NCBI GenBank assembly: GCA_944391495.1
Contig: CALXTU010000006.1
Span: 5,174-69,173 of the forward strand
Direction of reading: 5' to 3'
DNA length: 64,000 nucleotides
Origin: an uncultured Alphaproteobacteria bacterium
GTDB lineage: Bacteria > Pseudomonadota > Alphaproteobacteria > RF32 > CAG-239
Shown here: piece by piece, positions 46,981-56,965 of the stretch
Position numbering within the stretch: position 1 is the first letter of the stretch
How the letters are laid out: every line of letters starts with the position of its first letter
Notes under the pieces: model-generated
Seen by the model: only the letters and a program-made list of their open reading frames with translations
Database searches by the model: none
What the model was told of the DNA's origin: nothing
Translations under genes and position numbers: made by a program

Positions 46981-47433
46981 TTATAACGTCCGGTTAAAGG
47001 CCAACGCGTTGTAATTGTTGTCAAGCGGCGTATAATTTCCCTGCGCGCCGTAAGACGTCGCATTGCTTTTGTTGGTCTTTTTGGCAATGTTAATGATGGT
47101 ATCCATTACCTTTTTCCCGGCTTCCATTCTGGTTTTCAAAAGCAGTTCATTCGTTTTCAAGGCCTTGTCCAAGACGACGGACAACTCTTTAAGCTCTTCC
47201 TTTTCTTTGCCCTCAAAGGCCGCCACGGCCGCACGGTTTTTGATAAAGAATGCACTTAGCGAACGATAGGCGGCAACCGTTTTGACCTTTTGTTCATACA
47301 AAACTTTGACTTCTTTGGCTTCGCCATTTTTCAGAGCTTCGTTTTCTTTGGATATTACCTCGGTAAAGCCGGAAACAATTTGTTTCATCAGCTCAATTTT
47401 TTCGGCAATTTCTTTTGCTTGCAATTCTACCAT
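46981..47433 (-). CDS. putative flagellar assembly/chaperone protein (FlgN/FlbY-like)
   Basis: 150-aa all-helical Lys/Glu-rich protein lying between the rod-binding gene and flgK. The position matches flbY/flgN in other flagellar operons. Sequence evidence is weak. Confidence 0.4.
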   Translation of the reverse strand: MVELQAKEIAEKIELMKQIVSGFTEVISKENEALKNGEAKEVKVLYEQKVKTVAAYRSLSAFFIKNRAAVAAFEGKEKEELKELSVVLDKALKTNELLLKTRMEAGKKVMDTIINIAKKTNKSNATSYGAQGNYTPLDNNYNALAFNRTL

Positions 47434-47448
47434 TTCTTTTCTCCCGTT

Positions 47449-47805
47449 TTATCCTTTAATCTCCTGATTATTCATATTTTCCTGCAGTTGTAACACCGCC
47501 TGCATAACGTAGTCCTTAACACCTATTGATCCGACCTTGGCCATTTCTTTGCCGTATTCGTCCAACAACAGCGAACGATAAATTTTTTCCGCCTGACCGC
47601 CGCCGAACATTCCCTCGGTTGAAACACCTTCAAACATACTTTCCATCATCCGCGTCAGGAAAAAGGCCTCAAAGCTTTCGGCCGCCGCTTCCGCCTCGGC
47701 CCGATTAACGGACTTTTGCCCCCTGCCTGCCGGATTTATCACGGTTAATGTCTTATCCAAAGCCGTTGCCGTCGTTTCCATTTCCGCCTCCCTAAATAAT
47801 CTCAA
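47449..47805 (-). CDS. rod-binding protein (FlgJ N-terminal domain / CheL-like)
   Basis: 'AAAESFEAFFLTRMMESMFEG...GGGQAEKIYRSLLLDEYGKEMAK' matches the Rod_binding domain. There is no muramidase domain. Confidence 0.7.
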   Translation of the reverse strand: MRLFREAEMETTATALDKTLTVINPAGRGQKSVNRAEAEAAAESFEAFFLTRMMESMFEGVSTEGMFGGGQAEKIYRSLLLDEYGKEMAKVGSIGVKDYVMQAVLQLQENMNNQEIKG

Positions 47806-48922
47806 TTTCCGCCTGGAGCGCGCCGCTGGCTTTAATGGCCTGCAGAATGCTGATTAAATCGCGCGGCGTCACGCCGAGGGCGTTTAACCCGTTGACAAGC
47901 TCCTGCAAATTAATACCCGTGTCCAGAACCCGCATTTTGGCCTCGGTATCCTCCTGAATATCCACCAACGAGGTATTAACGATAACCGGCTCGCCCATGG
48001 TAAAAGGCTCTGGCTGCGAGACATAAGGAACATCGGTGATTTTGATGGTCAAATTACCTTGGGCGATGGCCAGACGATTGATCTTGACATCTTTGCCGAT
48101 AACGACGATACCCGAACTTTCGTCAACAACGACTTTGGCCGTCTGGTCCGGCTGAACCTGAAGCTGTTCGACACGCGTCATCAAATCAACGATTTTATCC
48201 CGGTAGGCGGCAGGAATTGTCAGCTCAACCGTTCCCGGATCCAGCGATTTGGCCGCCGGCGTGCCAAGCATGGCATTGATGGCATCGGCAATCCGCCGCG
48301 ATGTGGTAAAGTCGGGATTACGCAGCGCAATGTTCATGGATTGAAGGCTGTCAAGCGCAAAGGGGATTTCTTTTTCAATAATAGCGCCGCTGGCAATGCG
48401 TCCGGCCGTGGGCACGCCGCGAACAACCGAAGTATTGTTATTTTGGCCGCCGGCCGCCACGGCACCGGTGGCAATCGTTCCCTGAGCAACGGCATAGACT
48501 TCGCCGTCGGCACCTTTTAACGGCGTGGCAATCAGGGTTCCGCCCTGCAGATTTTTGGCATCGCCCAAAGCCGAGACATTGACGTCAATTCTTGATCCCT
48601 GTCGTGCAAACGCCGGCAGATTGGCCGTTACCATCACCGCGGCAATATTTTTGGCCTTAATCTGGCCGTCACGGGCGTTAACACCGACCATATCCAGCAT
48701 TGAAATAAGACTTTCTTTGGCAAAATCAACCGATTTGATATTATCGCCGGTACCGTTCAAACCGACAACCAGACCGTATCCGACCAGTTGGTTGTCGCGG
48801 ACACCCTCAAAGTCGGCAATATCTTTAATCCGCGAGACCGCCGCGGCCGGATTCGCTTGTGTCCACAGACCGAGAATGACCGCCGCAAGCCCTATAATTT
48901 TCAATGATTTTACCCAATTCAT
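47792..48922 (-). CDS. flgI: flagellar P-ring protein
   Basis: 'SRIKDIADFEGVRDNQLVGYGLVVGLNGTGD' and C-terminal 'ISILQAIKASGALQAEIEII'. Start moved to the ATG at 48922 (signal peptide 'MNWVKSLKIIGLAAVILG') because the sigma-54 promoter lies inside the track's longer ORF. Confidence 0.9.
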   Translation of the reverse strand: MNWVKSLKIIGLAAVILGLWTQANPAAAVSRIKDIADFEGVRDNQLVGYGLVVGLNGTGDNIKSVDFAKESLISMLDMVGVNARDGQIKAKNIAAVMVTANLPAFARQGSRIDVNVSALGDAKNLQGGTLIATPLKGADGEVYAVAQGTIATGAVAAGGQNNNTSVVRGVPTAGRIASGAIIEKEIPFALDSLQSMNIALRNPDFTTSRRIADAINAMLGTPAAKSLDPGTVELTIPAAYRDKIVDLMTRVEQLQVQPDQTAKVVVDESSGIVVIGKDVKINRLAIAQGNLTIKITDVPYVSQPEPFTMGEPVIVNTSLVDIQEDTEAKMRVLDTGINLQELVNGLNALGVTPRDLISILQAIKASGALQAEIEII

Positions 48923-48965
48923 TTTTTTATTCCCCAAAATTGACGCTTTCGCTTGCAGATATATA

Positions 48966-48981
48966 TGCAAATTTCGTGCCA
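48966..48981 (-). promoter_or_regulatory. sigma-54 (-24/-12) promoter of the flgI operon
   Basis: The minus strand reads TGGCAC-GAAAT-TTGCA, a perfect match to the TGGCAC-N5-TTGCW consensus, about 45 nt upstream of the flgI ATG. Confidence 0.75.
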
Positions 48982-49000
48982 ATTTGGAAAAATGTATTTA

Positions 49001-49040
49001 AAAAGGCCAAAGCCTGATGATTTTCAGTCATCAGGCTTGG
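49001..49040 (-). terminator. terminator of the small lipoprotein gene (hairpin includes its stop codon)
   Basis: 10-bp perfect stem 'agcctgatga'/'tcatcaggct', extended by flanking pairs, followed on the minus strand by 'ccttttt'. Confidence 0.55.
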
Positions 49041-49245
49041 TGTTTTCATTAATTTCCCGGCAAGTGCCATCGATGGCTTTGACGGTTTCTTTAACCTCGC
49101 GGATATTGTTTCCGCTCTCTACAATGGTGCGTTCGGCTGTTTCCAGAAATTGAGCCGAGGCTCCGAGGAAACTTGCTACCGCACCGCAACCGCTCAGGGA
49201 TAATACGGATATTATCACGAGCAACAGTTTGGCTATCTTCTTCAT
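49024..49245 (-). CDS. small lipoprotein (73 aa)
   Basis: 'MKKIAKLLLVIISVLSLSGC' signal peptide with an L-S-G-C lipobox. The mature part is helical. Confidence 0.6.
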   Translation of the reverse strand: MKKIAKLLLVIISVLSLSGCGAVASFLGASAQFLETAERTIVESGNNIREVKETVKAIDGTCREINENTKPDD

Positions 49246-49395
49246 AATTTATAATTAATTGATTTCTGTAATTATAAATAACATTTTTTAAGACATAAAT
49301 CAACCAAATACTTATAAATAGGCGGACGTAAAAGCAATCCGGCATAACTGACCGGCGTTTTGCCCCTGTTGCCGACAAACGAAAAAAGGAAGAAG

Positions 49396-49912
49396 GTCAT
49401 CGCTTGAACGAGCGGTCAGCGAGTGAGATCAGCAATGACAGTTTTAAGACGTGTCATTCTGAGGCGTGAAACGACGAAGAATCTGTCCAGTTATGTTGAA
49501 CGGGAGCGAAACATCTCATAGAGAGGAGATTCTTCGCTAACGCTCAGAATGACGAACAGCCTCTACTTGTCATGTTGAGGAGCAAGGCGACGAAACATCT
49601 CAATTTAATGTTACTTTTGTGCGGACAAAAGTAACCAAAAGCCGCCGGGATAAGCGCTCCTCTTAACGCCCCGGCTGCGCCGGCATATCAGGCGCCGTAA
49701 CTTGGCATCTTTGACAAGATGCCGCAGACAAGACGGCGATAAGGCTGACAGACCTGATTCCGGCTTGCCGGGGCTGATACGCGCAAAATCCCGGACCCTT
49801 AAGTATTTGTTCTTTTCCCAAGCAGCAATGTGCTAAAAAAAGAGATTCTTCGGGACTTACGTCCCTCAGAATGACAGAAAAAAGAATGCTCAGAATGACC
49901 GTGCTTTTACGT
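49396..49912. repeat. cluster B of the same short dispersed repeat units
   Basis: Forward units lie at 49396, 49453-49485, 49490-49518 and 49569. Inverted units lie at 49526-49553 and 49842-49875, with a partial unit at 49885-49899. The segment 49453-49553 forms a ~100-bp imperfect palindrome ('gtcattctgag...ctcagaatgac'). Confidence 0.8.
49569..49875 (+). mobile_element. MITE-like composite element, copy B
   Basis: Same core and orientation as 7208-7544. The left end unit 'gtcatgttgaggagcaaggcga|cgaaacatctca' is a hybrid of the two tandem units of copy A. Confidence 0.45.
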
Positions 49913-49913
49913 T

Positions 49914-50045
49914 AAGTATTGGTCTTCCACCGAGGTCAGCGAGGACGATGCCTTACTTCTGATTCCAAATAATGGCAATGTGGACTACGACAGAAAGGTT
50001 AATTCCGGTAGTGACGGTTACGCCAGGTGTGCCGTGGCTTATTAA
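49914..50045 (+). pseudogene. C-terminal remnant of a DUF1566 / Lcl-C-terminal-like gene
   Basis: The frame reads 'KYWSSTEVSEDDALLLIPNNGNVDYDRKVNSGSDGYARCAVAY*'. The 'YWSST' and terminal 'Y.RC.' pattern are typical of the end of that domain. There is no start codon: a TGA lies at 49896-49898, and the repeat cluster abuts directly upstream. Confidence 0.5.
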
Positions 50046-50155
50046 AAGCGGGGTGTCTGCGAAAGTCTAGACGTTGGTTTTATATTGCATATCCTTAATC
50101 TGAGCTTATCTAAAGGTTTAATCCTTTATGATAATTGTTGCAAAGCAGGTTTGAT

Positions 50156-51295
50156 ATGCAATTTTCACCCAAAAGCCCCTATTCTTTACTGCTGTTTGCC
50201 GCTTTGATTCTGGCGGCGGTCGGCGGTTATTACAAATATGCCCGCTCAGCATTGCCGCCGGCCGGCAAAGAGCTCGTTATCAACGTGGTGCCGCTTGAGG
50301 CGCAGGACGTGCGACTGACAAGTCAGTATGTCGGTTATGTGACACCAATTAAATCGGTTGAAATCGTGCCGAATGTTTCCGGCTATGTTGACGAAGTATG
50401 GGCCGAGGGCGGACAAACGGTTGCCGAGGGCGACAATCTGGTGTTGATTGACCAGCGCGAATACAAAGCCCAGCTTGATGCGGCAGCTGCCTCAGCCGCC
50501 CAGGCCAAGGCTGATTTTGACAATGCCAAAACCTATTACAACCGGATGAAGAAAGCCGGCAAAAAAGCCGTTTCGGCTTCCGAGCTTGACCAGGCCAAAG
50601 CGCAGTTTCTGGCGGCCGATGCGGCATTGCAGCAGGCAGAGGCCGAACAGCAAAAAGCCGATGTTTTATATAATTATACCGTTCTGCAGGCGCCAATCAG
50701 CGGCATTGTCGGCGATGTAACCCTCACCAAGGGCGATTATGTGGCGCCCGGCGGAACATCTTTGTTCAGCATTATCCAATTTGACCCCATAAGGGTAAAA
50801 TTTGCCATCTCGGACAAAGAATATCTGAGCGCGGCCGCCCGCGCCGGCGGCAGCAAACTGTTTGCCGGCGAAGATATTCAAATCCGGCTGGCCGACGGAC
50901 GCATCTATCCCGCAGCCGGCGTTTTTCGCTATACCGATAACCAGGTTGACAAAAGCACCAACTCGGTTACGGTTTTTGCCGATTTTGCCAATACGGACAA
51001 ACAGCTTCTGGCCAATTCTTATGTCGACGTGCTGTTGTCCAAACAGATGAAAGATATTTTTCTGGTGCGGCAGAATTATGCCACCTTAAACGACAAAGGC
51101 GCTTTTGTTTACGTCATGCAAAAGGGAAATTTGAAACAGGTGCCACTCAAGATTGCCGGTTATCTTGATGATTATTACATTACGGAAAACAAATTTGCCC
51201 AAGATGAATATCTGGTGGTTGACAAAATCGGCCGGATTGCGCCGGGAACCAAACTTAAAATGCGCGTTGCCCCGGTCGAAACGGAGGGAAAATAA
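50156..51295 (+). CDS. RND efflux periplasmic adaptor (membrane fusion protein)
   Basis: N-terminal TM, a coiled-coil hairpin '[24 protein letters not shown]...[25 protein letters not shown]', and a beta-barrel C-terminus. ATG at 50156 (the track start at 50135 is TTG). Confidence 0.85.
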   Translation: MQFSPKSPYSLLLFAALILAAVGGYYKYARSALPPAGKELVINVVPLEAQDVRLTSQYVGYVTPIKSVEIVPNVSGYVDEVWAEGGQTVAEGDNLVLIDQREYKAQLDAAAASAAQAKADFDNAKTYYNRMKKAGKKAVSASELDQAKAQFLAADAALQQAEAEQQKADVLYNYTVLQAPISGIVGDVTLTKGDYVAPGGTSLFSIIQFDPIRVKFAISDKEYLSAAARAGGSKLFAGEDIQIRLADGRIYPAAGVFRYTDNQVDKSTNSVTVFADFANTDKQLLANSYVDVLLSKQMKDIFLVRQNYATLNDKGAFVYVMQKGNLKQVPLKIAGYLDDYYITENKFAQDEYLVVDKIGRIAPGTKLKMRVAPVETEGK

Positions 51296-54200
51296 TGTTT
51301 TCGGAATATTTTATCGACCGACCGAGATTTGCCGGCGTGGTATCCATTATTCTGGTGTTGCTCGGCCTGCTGGCGATTGCCGTTTTGCCGATTTCGCAAT
51401 ACCCTAACATCACGCCGCCGCAAATCATCGTCAAGGCCACCTACCCCGGTGCCTCGGCCAAAGTTTTGGTCGATACGGTTGCCATTCCGATTGAAAACGC
51501 CGTCAACGGGGTTGAAGATATGCTGTATATGTCATCAACCTCCGACGACAACGGCAGCTACACCCTGACCATTACTTTCAACATCGGCACCGACCCGGAC
51601 ATCGCCAGGGTTAAAGTGCAAAACCGCCTGCAACAGGTTAACTCCCAGCTGCCGGAAATCGTGACCAAACAGGGAATAGACATCACCAGCCAACTGTCCA
51701 ATATGTTGGCGATGCTGGTTTTACGCTCGCCTGACAACAGTTATGACAGCCTCTATTTGTCAAACTTTGCCTACAATAATATTCAAAACCCGCTGCTGCG
51801 TATTGACGGTATGGGCAGTGTTGATATTTACGGGCCGCAGCACTCCATGCGTATTTGGCTCAATCCGGCAAAAATTGCCTCGCTTGGCCTAAGCAGTGCC
51901 GATATTGTCAGCGCCATATCCTCGCAAAACATTCAGGCGTCCATCGGCTCGGTCGGATCGGCGCCCAGTCCGGAAAGCAATCCGGTTGTGTTGTCGCTGA
52001 CGGCCAAAGGATTGCTCAGCACGGTTGATGATTTTGAAAATATTGTGGTGGCTACTTCAGACAACGGCGGCGTCATCAGACTTAAAGACGTGGCCAGGAT
52101 TGAAATCGGCGCCGACAGCTACAATATGAGCGCTCATTTTGACAATGCACCGGCAGTTATCATCGGACTGAGCCAGACGCCGAACTCTAATTCTCTCAAT
52201 ATTATGAAAGATGTACGCAAAGAAATTAAAGCTTTAAGCGAGACTTTTCCGGCAGATATGGAATTTCGCGTCGCTTATGATTCAACCGAATTTGTCCGTG
52301 CTTCAATCGCCAGTATTATCGAAACTCTGGTTATTACTTTTTCGCTGGTTGTTTTGGTCACCTATGTCTTTTTGCAGAAAATCCGCACGACCATCATTCC
52401 GCTGATTACCATTCCGGTGTCGCTGATTGCAACCTTCGCCGTCATTTATGTTTTGGGGTTTGACATCAACATCCTGACATTGTTTGCCATGATTCTGGCC
52501 ATCGGGCTGGTGGTGGACGACGCGATTATCGTGGTGGAGCGCGTTGAATACCTGATGGCGGAAGAAAAGCTTGATGCCAAGCAGGCCTCAATCAAAGCCA
52601 TGCAGCAGATCGGCAGTGCCATTATCGCCACCACGTTCGTTTTGTTGTCCATTTTTATTCCGGTCGGGCTGATGGCCGGTATTACCGGCAAAATTTATCA
52701 GCAGTTTGCCGTAACCATTGCCACATCCATCGTGTTTTCGGCAATCAATGCTCTGAGCCTCAGTCCGTCGTTGTGTTCCATCTTTTTAAAAGACAGCAAA
52801 CAGGAAGATGCCAAAGGATTTTTCCAAAAGTTTAACCGGACGGTTGAATACGGGCGGCAAAAATACCTGAAATCCGTCACTTTCTTTTCCGGCCACATCA
52901 AGACCACCGCCGCGGTTACCCTGATTGTCATTGCGCTTATCGGAATCGGTTTTAAGCTGACACCGACATCTTTTCTGCCGGAAGAAGACCAGGGAATTAT
53001 TTTTGCCAACATTCAACTGGCCAACACTGCCACCATCAACCAGACCAACCAGGTTTTGGCCGATTTGGCCGCCGAAGTGCTTAAGATGGACGGCGTCAGC
53101 TATTTTATCTCGGTGGCCGGCTATTCAATTCTCGGAGGCGGCGGCGAGAATGTCGCCCTCGGCGTGGTCGGGCTGGAAGACTGGAACAAGCGCAAAGCCA
53201 AAAGTTTGTCAATGGAGGCCATAACCGGCCGGCTGATGCGTGAATACGGCGCCAATACCCTGGCGCAGATTGATTTTTTTGCACCGCCGTCCATTCCGGG
53301 AATCGGCAGCGCCAACGGCCTGTCGTTTGAGCTTTTGGCTACCGACGGTAATACGACCGGGCTGCAGCTTTTTAACGAAATGGAGAAATTTCTGGCGGCT
53401 CTGAACGAAGCACCGCAGCTTTCGTATGCCTTCAGCACCTATACCGCCGACACGCCGCACATCTTTCTTGATATTGACCGCACCAAACTCGAAAGCCATG
53501 ATATTGCCGTATCCGGCCTGTTTACGGCGCTCAATAATAACCTTGGCTCAAGCTATGTCAACAACATCACGATGGACGGACAGGTAAACAAAGTTATTGT
53601 ACAGGCCGACTACCCTTACCGCAAAAATATCGACAATGTTCTTGACCTGTATGTCAAATCCGAAAGCGGCGATATGATCCGTATTCGCTCTTTTGCCGAG
53701 ACCAAAACCGAAATTTCGCCCAAAATTTTATATCGCTACAACCTGTACACGGCCGCGGCGGTCACCGCACAGTCGGCCGCCGGGGTGAGCAGCGGCACGG
53801 CGATTGCCGCGGTTATTAAAGCTGCCGCCGATATTTTGCCGAAGAGTTTTCAAATCGCCTGGACGGGGTTGAGCCTGCAGGAGGTTGAGGCTGCCGGACT
53901 GGCCGGTTTCTTAATTGCACTGGCGCTTATTTTCTGTTATTTGTTTCTGGTGGCGCTTTATGAAAGCTGGATGCTGGCGTTTTCGGTGATGTTTTCCACC
54001 GTATTTGCCATTCTCGGCGCATTAATCGGATTGCATTTCATGGGACAGGCTCTGAGTATTTATGCCCAGCTCGGATTGATTATGCTTATCGGGCTGGCTG
54101 CTAAAAACGCCATTTTAATCGTGGAGTTTACCAAAGACTACCGCGAAAAAGGATTTTCCATTCAGGAGGCGGCCGAAAAAGGCGCCGGCGAAAGATTCCG

Positions 54201-54429
54201 CGCCGTTTTGATGACGGCACTGACCTTTATTTTGGGCGTGTTTCCGATGATTATTGCCAGCGGTGCCGGTGCGGCAAGCCAGATTGCCATCGGATCATCG
54301 GTGTTCTTCGGCATGATTGCGGCAACGGCCGTCGGCATTATTTTTATTCCGGCTCTGTTTGCCTTGTTTGAACATTTGAAAGAATGGCGGCAAAAACCCG
54401 GCTCAACGGAGGGTAAAGCCCATGAATAA
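51295..54429 (+). CDS. RND multidrug efflux permease (AcrB/HAE1 family)
   Basis: 1044 aa with '[22 protein letters not shown]', 12-TM topology and '[12 protein letters not shown]'. The ATG overlaps the adaptor's stop. Confidence 0.95.
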   Translation: MFSEYFIDRPRFAGVVSIILVLLGLLAIAVLPISQYPNITPPQIIVKATYPGASAKVLVDTVAIPIENAVNGVEDMLYMSSTSDDNGSYTLTITFNIGTDPDIARVKVQNRLQQVNSQLPEIVTKQGIDITSQLSNMLAMLVLRSPDNSYDSLYLSNFAYNNIQNPLLRIDGMGSVDIYGPQHSMRIWLNPAKIASLGLSSADIVSAISSQNIQASIGSVGSAPSPESNPVVLSLTAKGLLSTVDDFENIVVATSDNGGVIRLKDVARIEIGADSYNMSAHFDNAPAVIIGLSQTPNSNSLNIMKDVRKEIKALSETFPADMEFRVAYDSTEFVRASIASIIETLVITFSLVVLVTYVFLQKIRTTIIPLITIPVSLIATFAVIYVLGFDINILTLFAMILAIGLVVDDAIIVVERVEYLMAEEKLDAKQASIKAMQQIGSAIIATTFVLLSIFIPVGLMAGITGKIYQQFAVTIATSIVFSAINALSLSPSLCSIFLKDSKQEDAKGFFQKFNRTVEYGRQKYLKSVTFFSGHIKTTAAVTLIVIALIGIGFKLTPTSFLPEEDQGIIFANIQLANTATINQTNQVLADLAAEVLKMDGVSYFISVAGYSILGGGGENVALGVVGLEDWNKRKAKSLSMEAITGRLMREYGANTLAQIDFFAPPSIPGIGSANGLSFELLATDGNTTGLQLFNEMEKFLAALNEAPQLSYAFSTYTADTPHIFLDIDRTKLESHDIAVSGLFTALNNNLGSSYVNNITMDGQVNKVIVQADYPYRKNIDNVLDLYVKSESGDMIRIRSFAETKTEISPKILYRYNLYTAAAVTAQSAAGVSSGTAIAAVIKAAADILPKSFQIAWTGLSLQEVEAAGLAGFLIALALIFCYLFLVALYESWMLAFSVMFSTVFAILGALIGLHFMGQALSIYAQLGLIMLIGLAAKNAILIVEFTKDYREKGFSIQEAAEKGAGERFRAVLMTALTFILGVFPMIIASGAGAASQIAIGSSVFFGMIAATAVGIIFIPALFALFEHLKEWRQKPGSTEGKAHE

Positions 54430-55876
54430 ACTGCTTCTGCTTTGCGGCGTATCCATTCTCTGTACGGCCTGCAGCGTCGGCCCCGATTATAAAAGGCCGC
54501 CTGTCTACCGCGACGAACAAATTGCCGCCAATCTGAATCTTAAACCGGAATCGGCAAGACATATCAGCCCCGACTGGTACAAATCATTTAACGACCCGGA
54601 TCTGAACCGGCTGATTGCCGAGGGCCTCAAACACAGCCCGGATATTAAAACGGCTCTGGAAAAAATGCGACAGGCACGTTATCAGCTGTATGTCGACCGT
54701 GCCGGATTTCTGCCGACGTTTGATGCCAAAGGAACCTATGACAAAAGCAATCAGAATCTGGCTGGCAGTTTTCCGATTGACAGCGAATATTATCAAGTCG
54801 GCATTGACGCGGCGTGGGAGCTTGACATCTGGGGCGGACAAAGACGCCTGACCGAAAGCGCCGCTGCCATGCTGAAAGCCGCGGCCGCCGATTTTGACAA
54901 TGTCCGCTTAAGCCTGACGGCCGAAATCGCCTCACAATATATCAACTGGCGGCTGGCAGAAAAGCAGTTGATGATTACCGAACAAAACCTCAAATTGCAG
55001 CAGGAAATATTTGATACGGTCAAAGCCAAATACGATGCCGGTCTGGCCGATGACTTGGCCTACAAACAGGCACAATCTGTTTTGGATACAACCAAGATGC
55101 AACTGCCGGCGTTGCGGATTCAGGAAAAATCTTATCAAAATGCATTGTCTGTTTTAGTCGGAAAGCTGCCGTCGGATATCATTAAAAGGTCGTCGGAAAT
55201 TTTAAAAACATCGCTGCCGTTTGACAGCCGTAGCCTTTATGATCTGCCGGTTGACGTGGTGCGCAACCGTCCGGACGTTCAGGCCGCCGAACAGCAGCTG
55301 ATTGCCGAAAACGCTCTTATCGGCCACACCGTCGCCAACCTGCTGCCCTCCGTTTCGCTCAGCGGTTTTCTCGGCTATCAGAACCGGACGTTGTCACCGA
55401 TTTTCGGCCCCGATTACAATATGTACAGCTTAAGCGGCGCGGTCAATCTGCCGCTGCTGCACTGGGGCGAACTCGTTAATCAGGTTAAAATTCAGGAATC
55501 AGCAACAAGAGAAGCTTTTGCCCTGTATCAGGCCAGCCTGCTGACTGCTGTTGCCGATATCAGCAACGCCATGAAGGGGGGTTCCGAAGAGGAAATCCGC
55601 AACCGGTCAGCCCGAAGCAGTATGGAAGCCACGCAGGAAATCTTGGATTTAAGCCTGCAAAAATATCAAAACGGTCTGATTGAATTTTCCGACGTTTTGA
55701 CGGCCGAGCAAAACAAGCTGACGGCCGAACAAGACTATCTGCAAAGCAATGCTAACGTTTATCTGAACGTTATCAGCTTCTACAAAGCCGTCGGCGGTGG
55801 TCTGGGATTTAATCGTAATAATCCGGCTTGCCGAACGGACGGAACAAATTCGGCCGACGAGCCCTATAAAGGTTGA
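54422..55876 (+). CDS. outer-membrane efflux lipoprotein (NodT/OprM family)
   Basis: Lipobox 'LCTAC' followed by 'SVGPDYKRP'. Two OEP repeats. C-terminal 'YKAVGGG'. Confidence 0.9.
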   Translation: MNKLLLLCGVSILCTACSVGPDYKRPPVYRDEQIAANLNLKPESARHISPDWYKSFNDPDLNRLIAEGLKHSPDIKTALEKMRQARYQLYVDRAGFLPTFDAKGTYDKSNQNLAGSFPIDSEYYQVGIDAAWELDIWGGQRRLTESAAAMLKAAAADFDNVRLSLTAEIASQYINWRLAEKQLMITEQNLKLQQEIFDTVKAKYDAGLADDLAYKQAQSVLDTTKMQLPALRIQEKSYQNALSVLVGKLPSDIIKRSSEILKTSLPFDSRSLYDLPVDVVRNRPDVQAAEQQLIAENALIGHTVANLLPSVSLSGFLGYQNRTLSPIFGPDYNMYSLSGAVNLPLLHWGELVNQVKIQESATREAFALYQASLLTAVADISNAMKGGSEEEIRNRSARSSMEATQEILDLSLQKYQNGLIEFSDVLTAEQNKLTAEQDYLQSNANVYLNVISFYKAVGGGLGFNRNNPACRTDGTNSADEPYKG

Positions 55877-56273
55877 TGTTGGTGATTTCCGGGATATCGT
55901 GCGTGCGGTACCAATATCCTTTTGTTTTCATACACGCCGTATACTTTTGCGGGCTGATGTCCTTATCGTCATACCGGGAATTGACAATCAGCGGTTGAGC
56001 ACCGGGATACGGCACATAAGTCGCCCAGATGCCGCGGTCGGAATTCCAGTCGGCCCGGGTGTTCAACTTGGTTTCTTCCGTATAAAACCAGGAACGAAAA
56101 TCCGGGAAAAACTGGATAGCCTTGGCCGCCAGCAGACATTCGCTGTGGTCTTTGGAAAATTTCTCAACACCGGTGCGGGTTCTTTCCCAATGATAAACAA
56201 CCTGCCCGCTGCCGCCGCTGATATAAGAACAGGAGCAAAGAAACAAACAGGCCAGTAAAAGAACTTTCTTCAT
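55809..56273 (-). CDS. hypothetical lipoprotein
   Basis: 'MKKVLLLACLFLCSCS' lipobox signal and a Trp/Tyr-rich mature part. No family recognised. Its 3' end overlaps the convergent OMF gene by 68 nt. Confidence 0.55.
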   Translation of the reverse strand: MKKVLLLACLFLCSCSYISGGSGQVVYHWERTRTGVEKFSKDHSECLLAAKAIQFFPDFRSWFYTEETKLNTRADWNSDRGIWATYVPYPGAQPLIVNSRYDDKDISPQKYTACMKTKGYWYRTHDIPEITNINLYRARRPNLFRPFGKPDYYD

Positions 56274-56274
56274 C

Positions 56275-56940
56275 TTAAAAATCCAAATTCGTATAGTTGC
56301 GTGCCGGCAAAATTCCGCGAATCGTGTCTTTCAGCAAGTCTTTGAACGCCGGACGCGATTTGATTTTGGAATACCACAGTTTTGAGGTGGCAAATTCGTC
56401 CCAGGGAACATCGCCCAGATAGTCAATCACCGAAAAATGAGCCGCCGCCGTCAGATCGGCCAATGAAAGTTCTTCACCGGCCAGATATTGATGCTTTTCC
56501 AACAGCCATTCAATATATTCAAGATGATAACCGAGATTATTCAAGCCCATCTTTAAAATTTTGGAATCCGGTGCCAAACCTTTGGCAAATCGTTTGTATA
56601 CTTTTTCGGCTACGATATTGCGGTAGACTTCGCGATAGAATTTGCCGTCAAACCAGTCTGTCATACGGCGGATTTCGGCCTTTTGTTTCGGGGTGCCGAA
56701 AATCAACGGTGCTTCCGATACCGTTTCTTCCAGATATTCGGATATCGCATAATGACCGACGATGACATTGCCGTCATTCAAAAATACGGGAAGTTCGCCG
56801 GCGGGATTTAATTTGTACAAGTCGGCCGACAAATTCCACGGCTCTTCTTCCCTGAGAATGAAAAGCATTTTCTTTTCGCTCATCTGCAAACGTATCTTGC
56901 GCGCAAACGGCGAAGTCGTATGATGTACCAGTAAAACCAT
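56275..56940 (-). CDS. glutathione S-transferase
   Basis: Thioredoxin-like N-terminus 'SPFARKIRLQMSEK', 'ELPVF...HYAISEYLEE' GSH site, and a helical C-domain. Confidence 0.8.
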   Translation of the reverse strand: MVLLVHHTTSPFARKIRLQMSEKKMLFILREEEPWNLSADLYKLNPAGELPVFLNDGNVIVGHYAISEYLEETVSEAPLIFGTPKQKAEIRRMTDWFDGKFYREVYRNIVAEKVYKRFAKGLAPDSKILKMGLNNLGYHLEYIEWLLEKHQYLAGEELSLADLTAAAHFSVIDYLGDVPWDEFATSKLWYSKIKSRPAFKDLLKDTIRGILPARNYTNLDF

Positions 56941-56965
56941 AGTGAGTTAAAATATATCCGCACTT

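Noticed and set aside
46962-47087. A 42-codon N-terminal extension of flgK in the track (MPKRPTKAMRRLTARREIIRRL...).
   Set aside because: It is Arg-rich junk that overlaps the upstream FlgN/FlbY-like gene. The canonical FlgK N-terminus 'MALLNSISSALSGM' starts at 46961 with a GGAGAA RBS.
7208-49875. Two same-orientation copies of a ~300-bp element bracket about 42 kb. Could this be a genomic island or a composite transposon?
   Set aside because: The intervening DNA is core housekeeping: kdsB, rnhA, trmFO, prfB, mrcA, rne, holC, degP, hflKC and the flagellar operon. It contains no integrase, transposase or conjugation genes. The repeats are better explained as members of a dispersed intergenic family.
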